Source: a virus
Taxonomy: Duplodnaviria > Caudoviricetes
IMG/VR virus record: IMGVR_UViG_3300017645_000191
Coordinates: 1 to 36,588 of that record
Strand: one strand, 5' to 3'
DNA: 36,588 nt
Made by a program: the position numbers and the translations under genes. This document shows positions 17,761-24,684 of this stretch, piece after piece (position 1 is the first letter of the stretch; every line of letters begins with the position of its first letter). Below the pieces are notes generated by a model. The model ran no database searches. It was not told the DNA's origin and worked only from the letters and a program-made list of their open reading frames with translations.

Positions 17761-18081
17761 ATGGAACTCAAAGATTTTGTGAAGTCGGCGATTAACGACA
17801 TTGTTGAGGGAGTTCGTTCCGCCCAATCTGACGTTGGGGATTCCGTGGCGATTGGGACAACTGGTCACAACGCTCTCAGAGATGCTCCAACCAGCGTTGT
17901 TCAAGACAGCACGGGCAAACTTTACTCGGTGGTTTCGTTCGATGTCGCGGTGACCACCGCCGACACTACAGAGGGCGGAGGCGGCATCCAGATTGCACCC
18001 TTCAAACTTGGAGCTACTGTGAGCGGGTCTTCAGAGACCGTTTCAAGAATACAGTTCGCGCTGACACTCTCACTGAATTGA
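17761..18081 (+). CDS. Trypco2-like protein (moron)
   Basis: GGAGGGG RBS; MELKDFVKSAINDIVEGVRSAQ..VSFDVAVT..GGGGIQI..VSRIQF pattern; candidate promoter TTGCAG-N17-CAAACT upstream. Confidence 0.65.
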   Translation: MELKDFVKSAINDIVEGVRSAQSDVGDSVAIGTTGHNALRDAPTSVVQDSTGKLYSVVSFDVAVTTADTTEGGGGIQIAPFKLGATVSGSSETVSRIQFALTLSLN

Positions 18082-18084
18082 GAA

Positions 18085-18113
18085 ACGCAAAAGGCCCGCG
18101 GGAAGCGAACCTT
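18085..18113 (-). terminator. tR'-like terminator in the late leader
   Basis: AAGGTTCGC-TTCCC-GCGGGCCTT then TTGCGTTT; G-U pairs work only on the minus strand. Confidence 0.65.
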
Positions 18114-18139
18114 GGGCGCAAGTTCAGCACCTATCCGGC

Positions 18140-18169
18140 GTTATCCCGCAAAATTCCCGCAGGAGTCAA
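18140..18169 (-). promoter_or_regulatory. Candidate late promoter (pR'-like)
   Basis: TTGACT-N18-GATAAC pointing into HNH/terminase; spacer region holds TGCGGGA twice at 11-bp period. Confidence 0.6.
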
Positions 18170-18349
18170 CAGGCAGAATCGCTTAGGAAACGACGGTAAC
18201 GTCATGTGATCGTTGAATAAACCTGAACAAGAGTCCGATTTGACTCTGCTTTCACTCATTGGGCTGATGTGGAAAATTCTCTAAATATTTCTGCCGCGTA
18301 GGTGCATTTGTTCGACCCACGCGACGGATCTTAGCGAATCACACTTAGG

Positions 18350-18553
18350 TCAAGCATTTCCGGCCACCTTTCCAATCGAATCCTCCGAAAGCATCATCAG
18401 CAGACTCGCGGTAATCTTCCATGCTTCAACACGATTGAACTCTGCCGTGCCGAACACGTCTCCGTTCTCACGATGGAGGCGCAGCGTGAGCCCTTCACAA
18501 CCGCAGGTGCAGCGGAAATACGAAATGTGGTGCGCAGACTCGCTCTTAGGCAT
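18350..18553 (-). CDS. Small Cys-motif hypothetical protein
   Basis: GGAGAGGG RBS; RCTCGC motif. Confidence 0.6.
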   Translation of the reverse strand: MPKSESAHHISYFRCTCGCEGLTLRLHRENGDVFGTAEFNRVEAWKITASLLMMLSEDSIGKVAGNA

Positions 18554-18692
18554 CTGCCCTCTCCTTCACGACCTTGACCTTGCTGATGATGACTGGGCGC
18601 AATGCAGTGGCTTGCTTGCGCGCGACGGTAGGATTTTCGGCATCCACGTCGAGGGTGCTGCCGTCGGCGAAATGAACGCGGAAGGTGATCAC
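18546..18692 (-). CDS. 48-aa hypothetical protein (not in ORF track)
   Basis: GTG overlapping upstream TGA (GTGA): MITFRVHFADGSTLDVDAENPTVARKQATALRPVIISKVKVVKERADA. Confidence 0.7.
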   Translation of the reverse strand: MITFRVHFADGSTLDVDAENPTVARKQATALRPVIISKVKVVKERADA

Positions 18693-19132
18693 AGGAAATC
18701 CTCCATATCGAGTTGTCCGCCACGGTTCCGGCGTGTGCGAGCTGCATTGTGTGCGTGGTGCTTGGCATCAAGGCGGAGGTGATGGCGCTGGCAGAGATGA
18801 GCCAGGTTCTCATCGTGCGAATCCGCCTCGTCGTGGTTGAGGTGAGCAACGGTCAGAATGATCTTCAGGACGCGGTATGCACCAAAAGCTGACAGCTTCA
18901 TGGTCGTCATGGAAAGACCTGTCTCGGCGTCGAACACCTCGCCTGTCTCGACGATCATGTACGCGTCACGGCCGCTATAGGTGCCGCGCGCGACCACCGT
19001 CATGTGCGGAGCGCCGCAGGCCTCGCAGCGCCATCCCGACCGCTCACCGATCCTCTTCCGGATCGCGCGCCACTCTGGCGACTTGATCGAGCCCCCGGGA
19101 TATAAAGCCATTCGTTCGGCACGGATCGGCAT
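18689..19132 (-). CDS. HNH-like nin-region protein
   Basis: MPIRAE..YP..W..RCEACG..LTVAHLNH..DENL..LCQRHH. Confidence 0.8.
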   Translation of the reverse strand: MPIRAERMALYPGGSIKSPEWRAIRKRIGERSGWRCEACGAPHMTVVARGTYSGRDAYMIVETGEVFDAETGLSMTTMKLSAFGAYRVLKIILTVAHLNHDEADSHDENLAHLCQRHHLRLDAKHHAHNAARTRRNRGGQLDMEDFL

Positions 19133-19179
19133 CACTGCCACCTCGCCAGAGCGCTTATTTTTGTGCTATCCGATCCCGC

Positions 19180-19878
19180 ATGGGGGAACACTATCATTTT
19201 AACAGCGCTATCTTTGCTGCCTTCGCCGGATTTGCCGGCGGGTTCTGTGCCTATTTTCTGACCGGGTACGTGATGAGCGAGAGCGCGTGGTGCATCACTG
19301 GAGAAGATCACTGTGTACGGGAATGGATATCTGCTCTCAGCGGGTGGGTGGCCGCCGCTGCTGCATTCACGACCATCAGCTATCTTGCGCGGCAAGCTTC
19401 CGAGGCTAGGCGACAAACTGAATTCATCGTAGGCGAAGCGCTGCCAAGCGCGAGCATCGTCGATACACCCGCTGGCGAACGCAATAGCGGCAGCTTCAAT
19501 CGGATATTCATCACTAACTGGAATCGGAACCCCATTGCGATTACCAGGATCGAGCATGACCGAGACACAGCAGCTGACAGCCTGGTGCTGGAGCCAGCCG
19601 CCCCCTGCTTCGTTATTCACTTGGACAACGAACGCTTGTCTAAACATCCACTGCCGATTGCCGGTTGGGTGAATCGAACCGAACCGCCGCCCGTGCAGGG
19701 GGTCGATATCCTTAGCCTGTTCCCCGCGTCCAAGTTGGTGAGAGAAGGTAACGTTGAACTGCGGAGATATGCTGGCTACAACATCTACATTACGATAGCT
19801 GGCGAGCGACACACTAATGTGGTTCTCCATGTGAGCCGACCCGACGCGCTGGTGTCGATAGGTTCGTTCGATAGGTAG
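19180..19878 (+). CDS. Membrane-anchored hypothetical protein (inserted moron)
   Basis: 232 aa; two N-terminal hydrophobic helices then a beta-rich soluble part; antisense to operon; flanked by AGCGCT repeats. Confidence 0.75.
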   Translation: MGEHYHFNSAIFAAFAGFAGGFCAYFLTGYVMSESAWCITGEDHCVREWISALSGWVAAAAAFTTISYLARQASEARRQTEFIVGEALPSASIVDTPAGERNSGSFNRIFITNWNRNPIAITRIEHDRDTAADSLVLEPAAPCFVIHLDNERLSKHPLPIAGWVNRTEPPPVQGVDILSLFPASKLVREGNVELRRYAGYNIYITIAGERHTNVVLHVSRPDALVSIGSFDR

Positions 19879-19889
19879 CGTTGACAAGG

Positions 19890-20216
19890 CTAAGCGCTCC
19901 TCTCCAGCTCTTCCGATTCAGCAGCCACGACCTTCACCTCCAACGCAGGCCAGATGTCATACTGCCCATCGTCGAGCTTCACCCAGATCTGGTCGCCGTC
20001 TGTAGCGAGTACCCTTCCCTCGGCACCGTCCGGCCAACGGACGCGTTCGCCAGCGTCGATCCGAGGTGCAATCAGGGTGACCTCGCTGGCGCCAATCATC
20101 AGAGGCGAATGGTAGCCATCGATTGATACGAAGATGAGCTTGTCGTCGAAGTTCTGATCGTGGCGGACTGTGCCGGTGAGGCAGACAATGTCGCCGTGGC
20201 GGAAGCGATTGGTCAT
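19890..20216 (-). CDS. Hypothetical protein, tandem SH3/KOW-like
   Basis: AGGA RBS, MTNRFRHGDIVCL..AGERVRW..GRVLATDGDQIWVKL. Confidence 0.7.
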   Translation of the reverse strand: MTNRFRHGDIVCLTGTVRHDQNFDDKLIFVSIDGYHSPLMIGASEVTLIAPRIDAGERVRWPDGAEGRVLATDGDQIWVKLDDGQYDIWPALEVKVVAAESEELERSA

Positions 20217-20239
20217 TTTTGATCCTACGTTGAGAATGG

Positions 20240-20701
20240 TCATGTGGATGGCTCTATCCAAAGCCGGTCATCGATCACCGCCTCGGCCCATGGACGCAGG
20301 CCCGCGGCTTCGAGCGCAGTCCGGTTCTCAGGGGTGTCGAGCACAACCTCGACAGGCCAGTGTTCTACGAGCGTTTCGATCGTGCGCTTCTGCTTTAGGC
20401 GATCACGGATCTCATCATTACCCTCGAACTTTAGGCAGTGCCCCTCGACTGACCACGCGCCATAGGTACCTTCGGAATAGAACTTGCCACTCTTCCAAAG
20501 CTGCTCGCGGAGTGATGATTTGGGGTCAACCCTTGTGATCCGGCCGTTCTTTCGATCACGCCAGACGAACTGCCCGTTCCGGTTGATCGTCTCAAGTACC
20601 ACCTTGCGCGGCAGGCCAGCCGTCGAGGCGATCTCGGATATCGTAGTGAAGTCCTTGAACTTCAGCAGAGCGCGGATGGTGTCGAGGACGGGGCGCGTCA
20701 T
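20240..20701 (-). CDS. Hypothetical protein with N-terminal HTH
   Basis: TTISEIASTAGLPRKVVLE; ATGA coupling to upstream gene. Confidence 0.65.
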   Translation of the reverse strand: MTRPVLDTIRALLKFKDFTTISEIASTAGLPRKVVLETINRNGQFVWRDRKNGRITRVDPKSSLREQLWKSGKFYSEGTYGAWSVEGHCLKFEGNDEIRDRLKQKRTIETLVEHWPVEVVLDTPENRTALEAAGLRPWAEAVIDDRLWIEPST

Positions 20702-20985
20702 GCAATGCCTCCCGCAATTTCAATGGCGGCAACTTTGCAGCGCTCCCATGCCTTCCTGCACAGACGATGAAGCCTGACAGCCTCAATTCGCCTCTTCGAT
20801 CCAGCCGGAAACTGCCAAAACGAAGCGTCACCGAAGCGGCGTTTATAGATGCGGAAGAACTTGTATTTGCGCCTACGAAGATGTGCAGGAACAGCCATCC
20901 AATGGGGTCTGCAAATCCATTCTGAGCAATCCGCCTTGCGCGTCCGCCGGCAGAAAGGAACGCAACAGGAGAGACGATCGGTCAT
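20698..20985 (-). CDS. Small Zn-finger-like phage protein
   Basis: MTDRLSCCVPFCRRT..EWICRPHW; ATGA coupling to MTase. Confidence 0.7.
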   Translation of the reverse strand: MTDRLSCCVPFCRRTRKADCSEWICRPHWMAVPAHLRRRKYKFFRIYKRRFGDASFWQFPAGSKRRIEAVRLHRLCRKAWERCKVAAIEIAGGIA

Positions 20986-21620
20986 GCCGCCTTCTCCATC
21001 GCATACCCGCCCCATTGATCCGCCATGGCTTCGGCGATTCCTGGAAAGAAGCGGCTGCGCTCCTTCCACCGATCGGGGCCGGGGCTCATGTGATGGACGC
21101 GGGGCACCCTGCCCTCGACGATATTCGTCGGTACGAGGATGGGCAGGTTCTTGAGCCACAAGCACGTGCGCTTTGTCTCGCCATGGCCGAACTGCCATGG
21201 CTGCACGGACTGAGCAGGCTCCTGATAGTTGCGGATGCGCTCCTTCGCGTGCCGATGCATGACGGGGTTCTCGACGGCTATCCGCTCGATTGGCGCGTTC
21301 CAGAGATCCGAGAACAGGGCCGCACCTTCATCCAGCTCAGCCCACATCTGTTCCATTGTGCGGCCACGAGGCGGAACTGAGAGCCAGCGGACGCCCGAAT
21401 TGCACAAACGGGTGCATGGTGGATGCGCGACGATCAGCAGATCCCAACCGTCATGCAGGATCTCACGAACATCGCCAGTGATGTGCTTGTTGGATCGGTC
21501 CTCGGCGGGCAGCAGGTCGCATGACCATGCATCGTGACCACGATTGGCAAAGGCTCGCCGGACGATGCCGGAGAATTCGCAGGCAACGAGAACGCGAAGT
21601 GTGGGCTGAAATGTGCTCAT
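20982..21620 (-). CDS. Short DNA cytosine (C5) methyltransferase-like protein
   Basis: RVLVACEFSG (motif I), AHPPCT (catalytic PC), VENP (motif VI), QFGH..KRT, RSRFFPGIAEAMADQWG. Confidence 0.8.
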   Translation of the reverse strand: MSTFQPTLRVLVACEFSGIVRRAFANRGHDAWSCDLLPAEDRSNKHITGDVREILHDGWDLLIVAHPPCTRLCNSGVRWLSVPPRGRTMEQMWAELDEGAALFSDLWNAPIERIAVENPVMHRHAKERIRNYQEPAQSVQPWQFGHGETKRTCLWLKNLPILVPTNIVEGRVPRVHHMSPGPDRWKERSRFFPGIAEAMADQWGGYAMEKAA

Positions 21621-21625
21621 GATTT

Positions 21626-21758
21626 AAACGTATACGTATTTTATACGTCGCGCAATAGCTTTCAGCTTTCATCATCTTCTCTATGCAGGTCGTCGTGTTG
21701 CAACGGACACCTCAAGAAGTATTCCGCATTTTTTCTGTTGCATTATACGTCTACGTAT
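21626..21758. promoter_or_regulatory. Divergent promoters overlapped by repressor-type operators
   Basis: Leftward TTGCGC-N17-TACGTT ending 6 nt before ATG 21620; rightward -35 TTGCAT at 21738; operators AAACGTATACGTAT (21626-21639) and ATACGTCTACGTAT (21745-21758). Confidence 0.7.
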
Positions 21759-21807
21759 GATTTGTATTGCTTCAGGCGATTGTGCCTACCAACGAAGGAA
21801 CCATCTG

Positions 21808-22011
21808 ATGCAAAATTCCCGTCGTATCACCACTGAACCCGAGACCGTCTCCATCCGGATTGCTGGAGCGAATGGTGAGGGTTGCGCCGTCTTCTCCTAT
21901 GAGGACTGGCGGGAAATGTGTCCCGCCGCCTGCGTGTTGGCCATCCACCATCAGCGACGTGACCTTACTGACGGCCAGCCATTCAATATCCTCAGCGTGG
22001 TTCGGAACTAA
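21808..22011 (+). CDS. Hypothetical protein (inverted early cassette)
   Basis: AAGGA RBS; MQNSRRITTEPETVSIRIAG... Confidence 0.6.
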   Translation: MQNSRRITTEPETVSIRIAGANGEGCAVFSYEDWREMCPAACVLAIHHQRRDLTDGQPFNILSVVRN

Positions 22012-22095
22012 CGCCTGGCGTAACCGGCGCACTCCGCCGGTTATCTGGTCGCTAGACCGCAAGGGCAATCGTGCCCACCAGCAAAGGAGAGAGAC

Positions 22096-22233
22096 ATGGC
22101 AAAGTTCGACATCCAGCCCGGAAAGAGCATCTTCACCCACGGCACCAAGGGCCGCATCCGGCGCGACGAGCGACGGCAGGCTATCAATGGCAAGCGCGCC
22201 TTTGCGTTCATGGGTTCGATCGGGGAGCGCTAA
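22096..22233 (+). CDS. 45-aa basic hypothetical protein (not in ORF track)
   Basis: AAGGAG RBS; MAKFDIQPGKSIFTHGTKGRIRRDERRQAINGKRAFAFMGSIGER. Confidence 0.65.
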   Translation: MAKFDIQPGKSIFTHGTKGRIRRDERRQAINGKRAFAFMGSIGER

Positions 22234-22235
22234 GG

Positions 22236-22391
22236 ATGACGCTAGAAACGATCCTCGCCTTCCTCGCTGCGATCAAAGCTTCTGACTGGAGAGGCTTCCT
22301 CGAGGACGCGCTCATGCTTGTCGTGACCGCCGGCTTCGTCGCCTCCGCCTTCATGCTGTGCGTCGGCCTTGCGCCCGACCTCCGACCGTAG
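22236..22391 (+). CDS. Small membrane protein
   Basis: GGGGAG RBS; MTLETILAFLAAIKASDWRGFLEDALMLVVTAGFVASAFMLCVGLAPDLRP. Confidence 0.6.
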   Translation: MTLETILAFLAAIKASDWRGFLEDALMLVVTAGFVASAFMLCVGLAPDLRP

Positions 22392-22400
22392 GAGGTTCGT

Positions 22401-22562
22401 ATGCAGACATCAGGAGCAATTCACAGGGTGACGCTGTACGCGCTCACCACACCACCCTCGCCCATGCTGTACCGAGAGTTTAACCGGTGCGATGATGCTG
22501 TGGAGTGGCAGGCGTGGGCAAAGCGAGAACTTCCCTGCCTCACACGAAGATCACGCCGCTGA
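22401..22562 (+). CDS. 53-aa hypothetical protein (not in ORF track)
   Basis: AGGAGG RBS; MQTSGAIHRVTLYALTTPPSPMLYREFNRCDDAVEWQAWAKRELPCLTRRSRR. Confidence 0.5.
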   Translation: MQTSGAIHRVTLYALTTPPSPMLYREFNRCDDAVEWQAWAKRELPCLTRRSRR

Positions 22563-22608
22563 CATGGCGGAATTTTTCGATATGCTGCGGCCTCAAACAG
22601 GGGGCCGC

Positions 22609-22872
22609 ATGCCGAGATATCGCTATATCAAGATGACGCCGGAGGAGATCTCCGTAGCACTTCAGAAGACAGGGCTTTCCGTCGGGCAGTTTTCGCGTCT
22701 TATCGGCGCCAGGTACAACGGGCCCAACGATTCGACGGTGCAGAAGTGGCTTGATGGAAAACAGGATGCGCCGACGTACCTGCCGGCACTGTTCGCGCTA
22801 CTGTCGTTGCCCGGGGGACTGGAGACGGCACGAGAAGCAGCGCAGCGGTATATCGAAGAGGATCCGTCGTGA
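22609..22872 (+). CDS. XRE-type HTH protein
   Basis: MTPEEISVALQKTGLSVGQFSRLIG..STVQKWLDGKQDAP; candidate promoter CTGACA-N16-TATGCT. Confidence 0.75.
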   Translation: MPRYRYIKMTPEEISVALQKTGLSVGQFSRLIGARYNGPNDSTVQKWLDGKQDAPTYLPALFALLSLPGGLETAREAAQRYIEEDPS

Positions 22873-22948
22873 ACTTCGCTCTGGCTCGCATATTCCGTGC
22901 ATGGACCGCCTACAAATAAATAACTCTTCAACCAAACGGGGGACTACA

Positions 22949-23269
22949 ATGTACCAAGCCGAAACCATGTTTCAAACGCTTGAGGTTGGTGCCGTACTAG
23001 CCATTTCTGGCAACATGCCACCGCCTATCGATGAACCTGTCGTGATCGTATTCAGCAACAACGAACGCCTTCGCGCCAGGTTTGTTGATGTTTCCATTGA
23101 CGAGATCACCATTCAGGCTGAGAACGGAACAAGATGGCAGCTAACTCCCACGGGGAAGGGAGAGATGGGCTCGGGTATCAACGTTGCACGCGGCCAGACC
23201 TGCGCTGATTGGGTCATTCGGAAAGTGTTGCCGCCTGTTGAGTCCTCTAAGGCACGCGATCCATCTTAA
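22949..23269 (+). CDS. Hypothetical protein (moron-like)
   Basis: GGGGGA RBS, ATG 22949, AT-rich upstream; converges on and overlaps the late regulator gene. Confidence 0.6.
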   Translation: MYQAETMFQTLEVGAVLAISGNMPPPIDEPVVIVFSNNERLRARFVDVSIDEITIQAENGTRWQLTPTGKGEMGSGINVARGQTCADWVIRKVLPPVESSKARDPS

Positions 23270-24026
23270 ATGACATCGTAGCGCCAGCCAGATCTGTCGC
23301 CGTGAACCAGTCTTGAGCTTCTGGCCAGCGGCGGCACATTTCCTCTCGGGTGACCTCGCTGCCCCGCTTGCCCTTGTCCAGAGACCATGACGCGAAGTCG
23401 AGGGACATCCGCACCATCTGAAACACTCCCTGCTCCCGCTTCCTGGACAACCTGTGCCATGGGAACTCATTGCGACAGATGATGGCTTCCAGCATGGCCA
23501 TGCAGGCCGGCGGAATGTCTCGGCGGAGATCCTGAATCATCTTCATGCAGGATAGCTTGCCGTGGCCCACATAGCGGGGCCCGAATGAGCCGCCAGGCAC
23601 TGCCTCGAAGTCAGGGCTGCGAAGGGGCGTCAACTCGGCCCGCTCGAACAGGTCCGCCAGTCTGGTCGCAGTGTTAATCCGGCCCCTGCCCTCTGACCAT
23701 GCCAACTCTATCGCCTTATCCGTTCTCGGGCCTTCAATGCGTGAGTTAAGATGCCCCTTCATGATCAGCCACTGCATCGCGTCAGCCGCATTGTTGCGAT
23801 AGGAGGCGATGCCAGGATGGCCGTACTTCTCGATCTCGGTCGGCGCGCTGTCACGACCCGGCTTCACGTCAAGCGGCTCTACCTTCTTTGGGAACGTCCA
23901 ACCTTCGAAGCCGAAGACGCGCGCGCAGTGCGCATAAAACGTCGAGCGCTCCAGTTCGATGTTGGAGCGCTCAGGACGATCGGCATCAATGGGGCTGCAG
24001 AGTTCTCGCCAGTGCACTCTTGTCAC
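23247..24026 (-). CDS. DUF6456/GafA-like late transcription regulator
   Basis: DAMQWLIMKGHL..RLADLFERAEL..LEAIICRNE..VRMSLD pattern resembling DUF6456; Q-like position after replication genes. Confidence 0.6.
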   Translation of the reverse strand: MTRVHWRELCSPIDADRPERSNIELERSTFYAHCARVFGFEGWTFPKKVEPLDVKPGRDSAPTEIEKYGHPGIASYRNNAADAMQWLIMKGHLNSRIEGPRTDKAIELAWSEGRGRINTATRLADLFERAELTPLRSPDFEAVPGGSFGPRYVGHGKLSCMKMIQDLRRDIPPACMAMLEAIICRNEFPWHRLSRKREQGVFQMVRMSLDFASWSLDKGKRGSEVTREEMCRRWPEAQDWFTATDLAGATMSFKMDRVP

Positions 24027-24319
24027 GTTTCCCTCGCAATAAAGAACTCGTCCGGAAGTGGCGGCTGATCATGGGCGCTGTCCAACCGATGAGCCTTCAG
24101 TCGATCGAGGAAGCGCTGGCGCACGGCTGCGGGCATCTCCTTGCGACGGTACGGCAGCCGGTAGATGATGGATTCGACGGCTTTCATCGTGAGCGGTACG
24201 CCGTAGAACTGCATGACACCGACAATGCGCGACGGGGTCAGGCCATGAAGATGCAGCACCTCGATGATGAACCGGTGCCGGTCTGAATATTTCGGCGGGC
24301 GGCCGCGGGGATTGTTCAT
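24023..24319 (-). CDS. Small DNA-binding protein (GRPPKY plus HTH-like)
   Basis: MNNPRGRPPKYSD..HGLTPSRI; coupled overlaps. Confidence 0.65.
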   Translation of the reverse strand: MNNPRGRPPKYSDRHRFIIEVLHLHGLTPSRIVGVMQFYGVPLTMKAVESIIYRLPYRRKEMPAAVRQRFLDRLKAHRLDSAHDQPPLPDEFFIARET

Positions 24320-24684
24320 GCCTTCCTCCGGCGCTTCTCGACCTGCACCTGCCGGCCACCTTTCACGAAGATCGTCTTCCCCTCCTTGTCGCCAAACACC
24401 TTCACTATCTCGGTCGCGGCGGCTTCCTCGCGCTGCTTCCGCCACTCCTCAATCCCGAGTACGTCCTGCTCAATTTCCGGCGCATGTTCGACGCGGATGC
24501 GTGTGTTGAGGATCTCCTTCACCCGTTCCTTCGCGACACGCAGGGCCTCGCTTGCCGTCTTGCACGTCACGGGCTTCTTACCCCTGAACACCTGACGCCA
24601 GTTCTCCTCGGCGAACAGGCGATAGAGCGGTCGGTACATGCTGCCTACTGGCAAGACGTTGTAGTCTGGTAGAAAATCGCGCAT
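24316..24684 (-). CDS. Hypothetical phage protein
   Basis: ATG 24684 overlapping helicase TGA; MRDFLPDYNVLPVGSMYRP. Confidence 0.65.
   Translation of the reverse strand: MRDFLPDYNVLPVGSMYRPLYRLFAEENWRQVFRGKKPVTCKTASEALRVAKERVKEILNTRIRVEHAPEIEQDVLGIEEWRKQREEAAATEIVKVFGDKEGKTIFVKGGRQVQVEKRRRKA

Noticed and set aside
18181-18195. GCTTAGGAAACG shared with 30063-30074
   Set aside because: A single 12-mer match is expected by chance in 36 kb; no shared context
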